A program made the position numbers and the translations under genes. A model generated the notes under the pieces. It saw nothing but the letters and a program-made list of their open reading frames with translations, searched no databases and had not been told where the DNA came from. Shown here one piece after another: positions 12,765-26,019 of a stretch of DNA of 64,000 bases (within the stretch, counting starts at the first letter, position 1; each line of letters starts with the position of its first letter). Source of the stretch: Lytechinus pictus (taxonomy: Eukaryota); contig NW_026974140.1 in NCBI RefSeq assembly GCF_037042905.1, positions 1,056,001-1,120,000 on the forward strand, written 5' to 3'.

Positions 12765-13975
12765 GAAGGGTTTGTATCATGTTGCTCTGACAGCAGAGGA
12801 GGCAGAGAAGGTCTCACAGTGTTATTGCATCAAGTCTGGTGTGTTGATGCGAAAATGGTGTCGTACTGGTCGCCCAGCTGATGAAGATTGGGTTGCGGTA
12901 GATCAGATTGTTGTCCCGCCCCAGTATCGAGCAGAGATTCTTAGGTTAGCTCATGATATTCCCCTTGCTGGACATCCAGGTGTGAGGAAGACAGTGGCCA
13001 GGATTTCTACTGGCCTGGGCTCAGGAAGTGCGTATCTGAGTAATGTAAGTCATGTAATGTCTGTCAGGTGGTGGGCAAGCCACAACATCACATCAAGCCA
13101 GCCCCACTTATTCCAATTCCTGTTTTTCCTGAACCATTTAGCCGTGTATTGATAGATTGTGTTTGCCCTTTGCCAAAAACCAAGGCAGGTTATCAGTACT
13201 TGCCTACTGACATGGATTCAACGACACGTTTCCCAGAAGCTTTTCCGTTGAGGAACATTAAGGCTAATACAGTTATTGATGCCCTCTTGGTGTTCTTCAC
13301 ACGCTATGGACTTCCTCAAGACATCAAGTCAGATCGGGGCTCTATTTTCACGTCTAGTGTTTTCCAGGAGGTGATGCATCAATTAGGAATCAGGCAGGTG
13401 AACTCACCACCTTACCACCCACAGTCGCAGGGTGCCCTTAAGAGATACCATCAGACCTTAAAGACAATGATCAAGCCTTACTGCTCTGAGAACTCTGGAG
13501 ACTGGGAAAAGGGTATTCCTTTCCTCTTATTTGCCTCTCGTGATACTCCAAATGAATCTACGGGATTCACCCCATTTGAGCTTGTGTTTGGCCATGAGCC
13601 AAGAGGTCCTCTCAAGGTAGTGAAGGAGCATATGTTGTCACAGTTTGAGGTGGAGAGTGGGAATGTGCTAGATTATGTGTCACAATTTCGTGAACGACTC
13701 TTGAGGGCGTGTGAACTCGCGGGAGAACATTTGAGGTTGTCTCAAGGTGTCTCAAGGCCCGGGCAGATAAGAAGGCAGAACCTCGCTCATTCGAGCCTGG
13801 TAGCAAAGTCCTTGTGTTACTGACCATCCAGGGTGAACCTCTTAGAGCCAAGTTCAGTGGTCCATATGTGGTAGAGAAGAACTTGGGTAAGGAAACCTAT
13901 CTTGTGAGTATTCCAGACAGAAGAAAAAAACAAAGAGGGTTTGCCACATTAATATGCTGAAGAAGTATTATGATC
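12765..13975 (+). pseudogene. pol: Integrase of the Gmr1-type element (HHCC, DDE core, GPY/F)
   Basis: AHDIPLAGHPG, PFSRVLIDCV, SDRGSIF, YHPQSQGALKR (catalytic E appears as K), TGFTPFELVFG, FSGPYVV; frameshifted. Confidence 0.92.
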
Positions 13976-14220
13976 GTGACGAGGTGGCGACAGTTGCTGT
14001 TGTTTGTGAAAAGGCAGCAGAACATATTTCTGGAGAACTTGAAATCCCAGTGGAAGCGGAGATTGGTGAAGGGATGTCTGTAAAGGTGAATAACTCACAT
14101 GTGATGGCTGATCCCTCAAAGATATCGGGTCATCTATCAGATTTTGAACAGCAGGATGTAGTGCAAATACTTCTTGATTACCCTGAAGTATGTGGAGATA
14201 AGCTGGGATATACTGGATAG

Positions 14221-15499
14221 GCTATTCATAATGTTGATGTAGGCGATCATCTGCCTATTAAACAACATCCCTACCGTTTGAATCCAAGAAAGAAGAGCCA
14301 GGTGCGGAAGGAACTTGAGTATATGCTTGCATGCGGTGTCATTGAGCCTAGTCAGAGCTGCTGGTGTTCACCTGTAGTTCTTGTTCCAAAACCAGATGGG
14401 AGTCAGCGCTTTGCATTGACTACATGAAAGTCAATTCTGTAACAAAACCTGACTCATTTCCTGCTACCTCGTATTGAGGATTGCATTGATCAGATTGGCA
14501 ATGCAAGGTATATCACAAAGCTGGATCTGATGAAAGGTTATTGGCAGGTGCCATTAACAGAGAGGGCAAAACAAATCTCTGCATTTCTGACCCCACATGG
14601 GTTATTCCAGTGTCGGGTTATGCCATTTGGCATGAGGAATGCTCCAGCGACATTTCAACGGCTCATGAATTGTGTAATTGCCGGACTTGACAATGTTGTA
14701 TCTAGATGATATTCTAGTAGTTAGTGATACCTGGTCAGATCATCTAACTTGCTTGAGAGATGTGTTTTTCAGATTGACCAAGGCAGGACTTGTTGTGAAT
14801 TTGTCAAAGTGTGACTTTGCGCAGGCTACAGTAACTTACTTGGGTCATGTAGTAGGGCATGGACGCGTTGCCCCACGAGAGGCAAAGGTCCAAGCTATTG
14901 TGGATTTCCCTGCCCCTTCCACAAAGAGGGAGGTGATGAGGTTTCTGGGCATGTGTGGGTTTTACCGCAAGTTTGTTCCGAATTTCAGTGACATTGTTGT
15001 TCCTCTTACAGATCTTTTCAAGAAGGGGACCAAGTTTGATTGGACCAAACCATGTGAGATTGCCTTTCAGAAATTGAAAGCTGTTCTGATCTCAAAGCCT
15101 GTGTTGAAGGCTCCTAACTTTGAGCATCCGTTCCTACTAGCCACTGATGCACGTGAGGTAGGAGTTGGTGCAGTTCTCCTTCAGTTGGATGAAGAGGGTT
15201 TCATGAAACCCGTGAGCTACTTTTCGAAGAAGCTTGATGTACACTAGCAAAGATACTCTACGGTAGAGAAGGAGTGCCTAGGTCTGGTGCTGGCAGTTCA
15301 AAACTTTGACGTGTATTTGAGTAGCTGCCCTGATGTGACCGTTTTCACGGATCACAATCCACTAACCTTCCTCGAAAGGTTAAGGAACAAGAACCAGATA
15401 TTGTTCCGTTGGAGTCTGTTTCTTCAGCCTTATGGGCTTAACGTGACTCATATCAAGGGAAATGACAATGTTATTGCAGATGCACTTTCTAGAGTTTAG
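14221..15499 (+). pseudogene. pol: Reverse transcriptase plus RNase H of the Gmr1-type element
   Basis: PIKQHPYR, SPVVLVPKPDG, LDLMKGYWQV, MPFGMRNAPATFQR, YLDD, ATDA, YFSKKL, FTDHNPL, NVIADALSRV*. Confidence 0.95.
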
Positions 15500-16279
15500 G
15501 CTAATCTAACAGTCAATTGCCGAATAACCTCATTAGAAACAACAAACAGAACAATAATAATAAAAAATAAAAATAAAAAATAAAAAACCGAAAAGCTGCA
15601 AACCGTTTGTTAACTGGTATTCACATAAAAAAATAAAATTAAATAACAATAATAATTTTAAAAGAAAATGTGATTTTCTTTTTACTCCAAAATCCAGGTG
15701 GTCAAGCAATGTTTCGAAATGAATGTCTATTACAATTTATTAACAACTATCTTACTTTTAATGACAAAATCGTTTTATCAATTACATGGAACAATTCATT
15801 CTGTTCTAACAAGTCTATATATTCTAACTCTTACTCTCTTCATTTATTTCATATTTTCTCTCTTTTCAGGTTCTGCATTTGTAAACTTGAAGCTGGATCA
15901 AAGTTCTTGCATTTAAGGGCTTTATTTTATTTTTTTTTGATTAAATGGCTCATGTTGCTATGGAAAGGTTTCATATATATATATGTATATAAAAGACAAA
16001 AAAGTCTTGCAGAGTTAAGTCACCTTGTTGTATTGGCATATGTTTTTTTTTCATGTGATATTGGAATTCCTTAGGAAAAAAAAGAAGCTTGTTATTGACT
16101 GAAGTTTTCTGCATCTCTTCTTGTAAAGGTTTTTTGATGCTACGTCTTAACTATACACTTGAATGGATTTTTTGTGTTTGTTTTCATATTCCTCATTCTT
16201 CTGAGTGTTATAATGTTATGTTATTTCAACATGCTCCTTTAAATGAAAGAAAGTTAAATTGCTATAACTTTCTTCTTCT

Positions 16280-16290
16280 AAGGGGGGAGG
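16280..16290 (+). promoter_or_regulatory. Polypurine tract
   Basis: AAGGGGGGAGG, 2 nt before the 3' LTR. Confidence 0.9.
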
Positions 16291-16292
16291 TA

Positions 16293-16481
16293 TGTCATGT
16301 ACATGTGCGATTCTTGTCAGCGCATGGGGGGGGGGCCTTCGCGTAATAAAAGAAGTGTCAATGTAATTTTATGAATTATTGTCTCTATTTCCGTTCTTTT
16401 CTGTTTTATATTGTTGATGGAGTTGTTGTGATAGTCATACCAGGAAGGGTATTTTATTAAGCTTCCCTCCTTGATATGACA
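16293..16481 (+). repeat. 3' LTR
   Basis: TGTCA...TGACA termini; matches the 5' LTR. Confidence 0.95.
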
Positions 16482-17265
16482 GTGGGGAATTGTTTAGGTC
16501 TCCAGTTACTTAAAACACGATATGGTCCTTTTATCTATAAAATAAGACCAATTTTATGAGAAATTTACAATTCTAAGAGCAACATTTTCAAACGCCGATC
16601 GGAAAGATCCTCTTCAAAGCTGATTACGTATATGATAAGTTCACACCAACGGCGCTTTGATGGCGCTTTAAAGCGGCGTGCAAAGCGGCGGCAAAGCGTA
16701 ACAAAACTTAATTATAGCGTAAAGACCGCAATAGAGCATGAGAAAGCTTTGAGCAATTCGGGACACTCGGAAAGAGCGCCAAATTTTTTAAAACTGTTTA
16801 AAATTTGAAGCGATCTGTCACGGATTGCGTAAAGCGGGGAGAGTGTATTAAAGCTTATCAAAGCGTCACAAAGCTTAACAAAGTCGTAGGAAAGCTTAAC
16901 AGAGTTTAAGAAAGCTTGGTTCAAAGCGGTGAACCCACTTTGTACGCTCTCACATATAAAATTGATTTTCTTACTAATTTTTTAATTAGTAAAAATCAAT
17001 TTGTAATAATTTGTAATAATCAATTAAAAAAAAATGCGTATTTTAAAGATCTTTTATCGCACATATCTAAATTTCAAATTCTGCAACTTGATTCCTTTAA
17101 ATTTTCACTCCTGATTTACAATAGTAGTATTATCTGATTTGTCATGGGTAAAAAATCAATAAAGTCTGTATTTATATTTTTACAAGCAGATGAAATACAT
17201 AACATCAATAATGATAATAACATCTTCACAAGTACACATAATACAACAATTATTTCAAACTAATA

Positions 17266-17996
17266 TTAAAAATAAACAAAGTTTGCATATGGGAGAATGT
17301 TCTTATTTCCAGACACAAAAGTCTTTATCTCCATCATTTCCTCCTGACGATATCTGAGCCACTCCTTTCTTAACTCAATCAGGAAGTACCACCCCAGCCA
17401 TTCTTTGTTGCCAGTCACAGCACCCACCGGAGAGAAGTATTCTCTGAGATGATCTCTCTGATGTCTGTCATCCACAGTGGCGATGTTCCCCCTTGCAGGT
17501 GGTTGCGGAACATCTTCCCAGTGAGGTCCATCTCTCCATGCCCCTGGTGCGAAGTTGTGCTCTTCATCTTCGTGGTCCACGGCATTGGCTGCCAGCGCCA
17601 TCCTCCTCCTCAGCAGGTTGTGGAGCACTACAGCATTCTCCACCAAATCCCTGACGTTATCTACCTTCTGTTCCAGTGTTCCTAACAGGCACCGGAACCG
17701 GTTGGCCATGATGCCAAAGACACTCTCCACCACTCTTCTCCCCCTGGAGATCCCGTAGTTGCATATCCTCTGTTCATCTGTAATCCCTCTTCTACTGTAT
17801 GGCTTCATCATGTAGCTCTTCAGGGCAAAAGCATCGTCACCCAGGATGAAGTAGGGAATATCAGGCTGATTTTCTCCAGGGAGAGGGCATGGTGGGGGCA
17901 GCCCTATGGACCCATCTTCTAGGCATTCGAGGAGCTCAGAGTCTGTGAATATCTGGGAGTCAGACATGTTTCCTTTACCTCCCAGCTCAATCCAGA
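17266..17996 (-). pseudogene. Harbinger (DDE_Tnp_4/HARBI1-like) transposase, C-terminal half
   Basis: SDSQIF, LGDDAFAL, MKPY, NY..SR.RRVVESVFGIMANRFR, VLHNLLR; joins in frame to 25153-25840. Confidence 0.93.
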
Positions 17997-18170
17997 TGAA
18001 CTTGCAGGCGTGCCGGAACACTTTCAGTTTTAGGGGGGGGGGGCAAAATCTCGAAGTGGGCATAATATTTTGACAGCGTGAGATACCGAAGCGATCGAGC
18101 GGGAGTGGGTGTGGGACCCCCCACGGAAAGGACTTTGTGTAAAAATGGAGTATACAAGTTGCGTTTCTAA

Positions 18171-21100
18171 TGGGGTGTTGCAAGAAAGTTACGTTGCAAT
18201 TGATTGCAAATCGACTGCAACTTTGCAGCCGATCCCGATCGACTGCAACTAGCAATCAATCGCCAATTTGCGTTGCAAGAAAAAGGCTTGCGATTGAACG
18301 CAAGTTGCAGCTGATTTGCAGACGATTTGCAGCTGTAAACAGGGTCTGCAGCACAAGACTAGCTGATGAAGCAAAATAATCCTTGCAATAATCGTGATTG
18401 TGGAAGAGAGTAAGTAGAAAATATTCATTTTTCACTGCTTTCTTTCTCCATTATGTATGTTTTCAGAGAATTTATATGTTTTAGACCTATGCCAGGGAAA
18501 AAATTATTTTGTAAAATGTGAAAATGTATCTTTATCGCCAGTCGAAATTTCACCTTCAAATTTTTTTTTACCACACAGTTTAAACCCAGTCCCACACTTG
18601 ACTTTTTGTGTCGGTAATGCACTGTTGTACCAACAACACGGCAGGACATTCCCGGTGCAGTGCTGTTAAAAATCACCCTGAAGCAAGTAAATTTGTAGGC
18701 TCTAATTATGTATGAAACATCGAAAATGACCTTAAAAGATTATTATTGTTCATATTTGAAATGATTTTTAAGTTATATAAGTTTCAACGGCTAATAATCA
18801 TCCAGTAAATGGATTCAATGCAGTCGAATGGCCACAACTTTTAAGAAACACTCGACAGAAAGCAATTTTTTGTTTTTAACTTAAAGGATTTTTAATCTAA
18901 CGTTAGGCTTTAAATCAAAGACTTCCATTATTAGATCCTCTCCATTAGTCTCTCTTTTTTAAGAGTCTGTCTAACCTCCCTTTTTATGACTTTCCTTTGC
19001 CTGGCCTGGGATAGAATGAAAATTTTGCTCTTGACTTTGGAGGAATTGTTTAGATTTATTTAATATTATTTTATTTATTTATTCCTTTATTTTTAATTTT
19101 TTGGAGGGGGGGGGGGGTTCTCCACATTTTTCGCCAGGCCAAAAAAAAAAAAAAAAGGTATAGGGGGTCTACATGTGGGCCTGTATTATTAATTATTTTT
19201 AAAGATGTTATTGGGCTATTAAACCTATTGGCCACATCTGCCACATTCTTTGGGAAGTTTTAACATTGAACAGGGAGTTGCCCGCCCGGGGCTCTTTTTA
19301 AATTTTCTTACGGGCAGATTGCACAAGAGGTTCTTTGCAAGGACAGTCTATTTGTGTCGTTGATTTGTAATGATGTGCCGTATGAGTCACATTTTTAATA
19401 TCCATCACATATAAATATAAAAAGATATAGGGCCTACATGTAAGCCTAAATAAATCAATTTTTTAGATTCAATATGTAGGTCTACTATGCCGGGGGGAAG
19501 GTACTTAGATTTGGTTTGGACAAAGGTGTGCGGCTGAAGGTTTGAAACCCGTACCCATATTTACAGGTCATTTCGGCTAAAAAGGTACCCATTATTAGGG
19601 ATTCATTACAGGGGCGGATCCAGGATTTCCACAAGGGGGGGGGGCACATTTTCGCCTGGAAAACTTGACAAGCAAAAAAAAAAAGAAAAAAGTTATCGCC
19701 CAAAATGTAAGGTAATTTTGTATTTGCACCAAAGACAAGAGTAGAATATGGACCCATGTTTAAGGCCAGTATCTAAAAATTGGGCCATGTTTAGGGATTT
19801 TCCAGCATAAAATCATACCCCATGTTTAGGGATTTCTTCCAAAAAGGCGACCCATTCCAGCGGCACATCCCCATATGCATTATTTTGTGAGTCCCCCCCC
19901 CCCGGGCTACTATTTAACTGACTCTAGTCTTAACTTGATTTTTATGCAAGCACATGAGGTGCTATATAGATGACAGATTTTTTTTCACTTTAAATTGTTT
20001 AATGGATGATTACAATGCTTTTCCAGGTGCTTACAGTAAAAGGGTGTCTCATATGGTGCATCATTATCATTTTATTAATATTGAATGCATAATCATGATT
20101 TTTTTTTTTTACATCCTTTTACATCAAGCACAATACTCGGGGGGGGGGGCATATGGTCCCCCTTCACATTTTTCAGAATAAATCTGCCACTCAAAATTTT
20201 ATTACCGCACCACTGACTGGCGTTTTACTTTCAAGTCTCGCGCAACTTTTGAGACCAAATTTGCAATTCCCAGGTACAGGGTCAGGAAATGTTGCAACAT
20301 TGTGTTTGTTTAAGTACATGTCAGACAAAAACATGATTACATGTAAAAAGTTAATTGGGTAATTTTTTTTATTGACAATAGTAATTTAATGTCACTGATG
20401 AACTTTGTCTTGAAAAAAAAAAAAAAAAAATACATTTAAGAAGTTAAGAAAAAATATTTAAAAAAAAAACATGAAAGGATTTTTTTTTATACCAGATTTT
20501 TTAAAGTAAAGTTGTTAGGAATGCTCTAGAAAGGAATATGTACACCAAAGTTTAGCATTCTATTACAAGCTTTTTTTAGTAAATTAAAGCAAAAGGTATG
20601 ATTCATAATTTTTTTTATTGCGCCGCCCATAGCTGAGGAACCATAGTACCCCTCCCCAGGACAGAAGTGACTTTAATCAAAACACCCTGGGACTACTATA
20701 ATGATTAACACACTGGCAACTGAGCTTAACTTGTATATTAATTTCATGAACATGTTTTATCTCTTTGCTTTTTGCTTTTAATTGCTTACTACAGTTATGA
20801 CAAGGAAGTCTGGAATAAACCGAACCACCATAACTGTGTCTGCTACCATGTGTGTTCTTGCAACCAGCTGATTGATTCATTTTATCAACTCTTGAATGGT
20901 AGGTTACATGTAAACTGTATTATTATTAATAATTCACCATGATTGTAATGCGGATGGGGGTGAAATCTGTACACATTGACCAAAGGATAATGCAAAATGA
21001 AAAAAAGGCAAACACAAATCTCTATCTTGACTGGACTTCTCAGCAATGAAGACATCCCATTGATGGGGGGGGGAGGGGAGTGGGCGGTTGTTGTGCTCAT

Positions 21101-22905
21101 CCAAGGTGTACTGTATGAAAGTGTGTATTTTGCTTTCATTTATTTAATTTATTGCATATTTTAATTTCCATGATTCATTTATTTGGGGAAAAACAATCAG
21201 TTCACACTTTTTTAGATTACATCATGGCAAATTGCCAATTACTATGGTCTCAGGAGTAAGCCACTTTCCCTCTATCATATCATCATGTCGGTGCAAACAA
21301 CGCCCTTACCAGCAGGCATAGGGGCATTTCTGCACCAATGGGGTGCACAAAAATGTTTTGCTAAGGGCGTTTTTACACTGAAAGGACAAAATTTGAACTA
21401 ACCCAAGCTACATGTATGTATAGTTATGGGCTTGCATTATTTCCTATATTATTATTTTTTTATGGACAGGTTGATTATCAGAACTGAATTCAGAGCTGCT
21501 CCTGTCTGTAGTAAGATCATTTATAGTGGACTTCAGAATGAGGGCGTTGCTTGTTTAAAATCTTCACTCCATGAAGCTCTCCAAATTCATCTCAAATTAG
21601 ACTGCTTCTGGAAACCAGATTTGTTCCTTCAAGCAGAGACGCTTGTGGCTTTCCTGACTGGACTTCTATGGATTCTTCATGCCAACCTTAAGGACTGTGG
21701 TCTTCTGCATGATACGTCAATTTCAAACAAGACATTCTGTGGTGAAACACTTGATGTAGATGATATGAAATTTTATTTCATATAACTGAATCTCAGAAGT
21801 AATTCCTCGGGAGCAAGAAACATTGAAAAATAAAAATAAAAGGTCCATCAATAATGAATGTCTTGAGCAGTGTTCTTTTTTTGTGCACAGATCAATGGAT
21901 CTTTTCAAGTCCAAGCAGGGATGTAGTCAATGCTGACCTCGAGGCAACATTTTGCTGGCCTTGGTCCGAGTCACTGTACAGAATCTATGGGAAGTTCTCT
22001 CAAGCTGCCTCATGACTCGGAAGAATCAGCCTCGACCTCATCCCTGTATGCAAGTGTGATATATATCTACGATGCAATCTTATGATTAAAGAGAGCTTCA
22101 GATTTTGAAGTGTAGCAATCTCCTGAAATGTATGTTTTTTTGAAAATCAAACTAAAATAACTTAATTGGGCATGTTATTCATTATGATATGTATGAATGA
22201 AAGCATTTAAGCAATTTAGTGCTCTTGCAAAATAAATTCTGAGTTGTATTTACTGCAAACCCTCAGATATATTTATAAGCATTTGCCAGTGCATGAAGTG
22301 TTTTAATAAAGAGTGGCTTTTGTGCCTATGGAGAGTTATTATTTCTTCAACATTTCTTCATACAAATTATTTCAGAAATCACAATTTGAAATATTCCATG
22401 ACCTCTGATAACAAGAGCACAATATTTTTGGTGATTGACACACTTTAAAATGATATTAGGAGAGAATGTACTGAAATTGTGTGAAAATAATGGCATAATT
22501 GCTGAAGAGGCCTATAAAGATTGAAAATAACATTATTTCAAGTTTTTCTTGAAAAAAACCCATGGAAAATTGAAAATGGCATAATTTACACAAGTTTTCA
22601 AAACAAAATACAAAAAAAAAAATCTGCTTTTTTAGTACACAAGCCTATGGACAATCAATTGAACGTAAATCGAACGCAAATTTTGCGCATCCTCCAAAAT
22701 CTCACATAAGTTACGTTCGATTTGCAATCAATCGCAAAGCTTGCGCTTGATCTACGTTCAATTGATCAAACGCAACTTCTTCTTGCAACAGGATTGAACG
22801 TAACTTGCGTTCAATTGCAGATTTGCGTTTAATCGGAGGACTTATGCTCAATTTTGGGAGTTGCGTTCGATTTGCGTTCAATCGCAAGTTTCTTGCAACA
22901 CCCCA
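18171..22905. mobile_element. Harbinger-like non-autonomous element (4.7 kb)
   Basis: Perfect 17-bp TIR TGGGGTGTTGCAAGAAA; 3-bp TSD TAA; subterminal TTGCA/TTGCG repeats. Confidence 0.88.
19490..19906. mobile_element. MITE with CCCGGGGG termini and 8-bp TSD
   Basis: CCGGGGGG...CCCCCGGG; TSD CTACTATG / CTACTATT; same end type as 36913-37456. Confidence 0.7.
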
Positions 22906-23794
22906 TAAGAGCATTCAAAAATAAATTTCTTGAGAATTAAACATAAAATTCACTACGAAAGACTATACTCATTATTAATGAGAACCTATGAAATCTACGC
23001 GCAAAACGATCGCTTCGGAATGTGGTTTACATGTCTGATCAATCAAATTACGTATTACGCTTATATTGACTCAAAATACCAGAAATTACATTTTTCATGC
23101 AATATCCTTTCAGAAACATTTATTTATGTACATTTACATACACGACGTGAGAGAGCACAATCATCATAAGTTTCAAGTAATTCCTGTCAGAACAAGGAGT
23201 GTATAAGCAGAAGAAGCGTAACAACAGAAACAAAAGAAATTATAATGAATGTCTTTTCAAATTCAAAATGTCATACTGTTCTGACGTGGCAGACGTCGGT
23301 AAGCACTTAAATCCCCATTCTATGCAAATTATTTTTGACATCAGCATTGGAGATAGTCCCTGATTATCCATGCAATATGGGCAATACGTTTCATATTCTG
23401 TAACTGGAGGAAAAAGAAATATGACAAGCTTAATTGTCTAACCATTTAAAACTTTTCTGAAAATCATTAAAGTTTAAAACATTACTCGATTTATGTGTTT
23501 CCTTTTGCACGTTTTGTATGGCTTGGAAGAACTTTTGGATGACTCCTTCAAATTCTTCTTTTTTCTTTACATATTTTCTGGGGAAAATGTGACCATAACT
23601 AGGAAATGATGAATATCAAATTCCAGGAAATATTCATTTGTAAATAATCATGAACTGTTTAACAAACTACCTTAGTTCATAATGTACATTATGTAACATT
23701 ATCTAGAAGAAAGCAATTACATTCCAATAGCGGATGTGGTTGACGGTACACCATGTGGAGTTTTCGAAAAAGTGGATAGGGTCTAGAGGAAGAA

Positions 23795-24125
23795 GTGAAA
23801 TTGATAGGGGAGGAAGTGGACAGTTGATAGTTGATAGTCGAGTAATTTTTTGTTTAAATGAGCGTAGTCCTGAAAAAGACAGTAAACCGGAAAAGGTTGA
23901 AGAGTTGAAGAGGCTTGAGTAGTTGATAGATGAGTACTCCTGCTCTGCACTCCATTCGCCGACTCAAGCTAGCATCTTCTCATTTATCCAATAATCCAAC
24001 TACTCAAGCCTCTTTAACTCTTTAACCTTTTCTGTTTTACAGTCATTTTCAGAACTACACAAATTTTCAAGAAATATTACTCTAGGACCTACTCTCAATC
24101 TTCCAATTTCTCGCCTATCAATTAT
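23795..24125. repeat. Degenerate foldback / inverted repeat
   Basis: GAAAAGGTTGAAGAGTTGAAGAGGCTTGAGTAGTTG is inverted as CAACTACTCAAGCCTCTTTAACTCTTTAACCTTTTC. Confidence 0.7.
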
Positions 24126-24686
24126 AATCCTCTACACATAATTATTTTGTGTGTAATTTTCTGATAACATGTCTTTATTGAGTTGAAATGACCTTGGTAT
24201 TTTCTTTAGGGCATTGACTTGTTATCATTGTATTAACTCAATTTATATTTAGTTGAAAATGAAATAATTGAAATAAGTTTTCATAATTTAAATCTATATC
24301 TTTATTAATCTATACTTATTATTTCAGGGATGACTTACACAGGCAACAAGAATATGAGATATTGACGACCTCGAGATGTTATGGTTTCTGGGCTTGACAG
24401 CTATGACATAGATTCCATATGTTGCTCGAGTAACTAGCGTTCACGCGCGTTAGTGATATCGGGTCCGGTCTGAGCGTTTCTGGGCGACCGCGCGTTTGTT
24501 AGCCGACACAGCCAGCATGCATTGGTGAACCACTTTCAATTTGCTATTCGGTTTTAGTCTGAAATGTATTCATTAAAAGGTTAAACGTTATCACACTGTA
24601 TTAAGATGGAAAAGGGGCTTATAAAAGGTATGTTTCACAGAGGGGCATGTTCGTCAAAAGACGCGAGGCTTACTATGATATGTAGA

Positions 24687-24949
24687 GATGATCAGATGAC
24701 AAGATCTTGGATCGTTTCATGTCTACATCCTGTGGAGGACGTCATCTGATCATCTCTCCCAGAGGATGTAGACATGACGAGATCCAAGATCTTGTCATCT
24801 GATCATCTCTCCCATGGGATGTAGACATGATGAGATTCAAGATCTTGTCATCTGATCCTCTTATCTATGGGATGTAGATATGATGAGATCCAAGATCTTG
24901 TCATCTGATCATCTCTCCCATAGGATGTAGACATGATGAGATTCAAGAT
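24687..24949. repeat. 53-bp repeat, one forward plus ~4 reverse copies
   Basis: Unit GATGATCAGATGACAAGATCTTGGATCTCGTCATGTCTACATCCTGTGGAGGA; orientation flips near 24740. Confidence 0.85.
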
Positions 24950-25152
24950 TTTTTTTTCATTTTTGACAATGGAAATGACAATTCTTAGACAGAAAAGTGC
25001 CTTCATCGTTTACTTTTGTCCTTAAATAATTTATCATTTTTCTACTTTTAGGGGGGGCACACTGGGGGGGGGGGCAAAATCTCTTTTTGCCCCCTCAAAA
25101 ATTTTATTGGGGGCAAGTGCCCCCCCCCCCCCCCCCGCTTCCGGCGCCCTTG

Positions 25153-25840
25153 TGAACTTGTACTCTGCATCTAACAATGCCAGCAGTGGTATAGAGAAGA
25201 ACCCCCTGTAGTTGTGGTAGAGACAGCCTGTGTTTGCTGGCTTCTTAATGGCTAAGTGCTTTCCATCCAAGGCACCAATGACATGGGGGATATTCAATCT
25301 CTGTTCAAACTGCTGGGCAAGGGTGCTCCATGCTTCAGGGGTGGTAGGTATGTTGAAGACCTCATCTTTATACGCCTCTACAATGGCCCTGCACACTACT
25401 GGAATCAACTCTGATATGGTTGAGATACCACATCTGAAACCATATGCCAGTGATCTGTACTTGTCCCCAGTGGCCAGATGTCTCAAGGTGATTGCCAGTT
25501 TGAGGCCAGCTGACAAAGGGTGCCTGTAGTTAGTCTCTTGCTTCTGGATGACTGGTGCCACTCTCGCAAGGATCTCATCGAACACCTTAGGGGTCACTCT
25601 AGTGAAGTTTGCGAAGGCAACATGGTCCTCTAACCTCAGTTGTGTGTCCAAGAGGATAGTGTACTGGCCATACTGCTGTCTTCTTTCTTCAGTGAGCCAT
25701 GACCTAGTCCAGCAACACCTGATGAATGGTCTTCTGCCTCCTGCTGGTAGTTCAATCTCCTCTTGTCTTTGCTGTTCTTCCTGTCTCTCCTCTTCCTCGA
25801 GGGCTAGGATGTAGTTATATAGAAGGGAGACGAAGGTCAT
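25153..25840 (-). pseudogene. Harbinger transposase, N-terminal half
   Basis: F.NFTRV....FDEIL, KLAITLRHLATG, YGFRCG.STIS, GALDGKH, YHNYRGFFSI.LLALLDAEYKF. Confidence 0.93.
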
Positions 25841-26019
25841 GACTACATCATATGATGGTTCATACTCTGGTACATATTGAACTTCTATATCTTATTCTTC
25901 TGCCAAAGATGCAATGATTTCGTGTATCTGCTGCATCTTTATACATACTCTGGATCAGAGGCGGGATGTATGGAAGATTAAAGGTGCCACCCAGATGTTC
26001 AGATAATAATATTGTTATG

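Larger units (their letters stand above)
1024..16481 (+). mobile_element. Gmr1-type Ty3/Gypsy LTR retrotransposon, full length, decayed, interrupted by a 9-kb insertion
   Basis: Matching LTRs 1024-1208 and 16293-16481; 4-bp TSD GTGG (1020-1023 and 16482-16485); PBS; PPT; domain order gag-PR-INT-RT-RH. Confidence 0.95.
18005..25152. mobile_element. hAT-like non-autonomous element (7.1 kb) splitting the Harbinger transposase
   Basis: Perfect 8-bp TSD TGAACTTG (17997-18004 and 25153-25160); imperfect TIR CAGGCGTGCCGGAA / CAAGGGCGCCGGAA followed by G/C runs. Confidence 0.88.

Noticed and set aside
18005..18255. N-terminal 84 aa of ORF 17266-18255 as part of the transposase
   Set aside because: Read-through from inserted elements; the true N-terminus is at 25153-25840.
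23240..23320. hAT dimerisation-domain relic (CLPTSATSEQ..LKR, minus strand)
   Set aside because: Too short and degenerate to support without a profile search.
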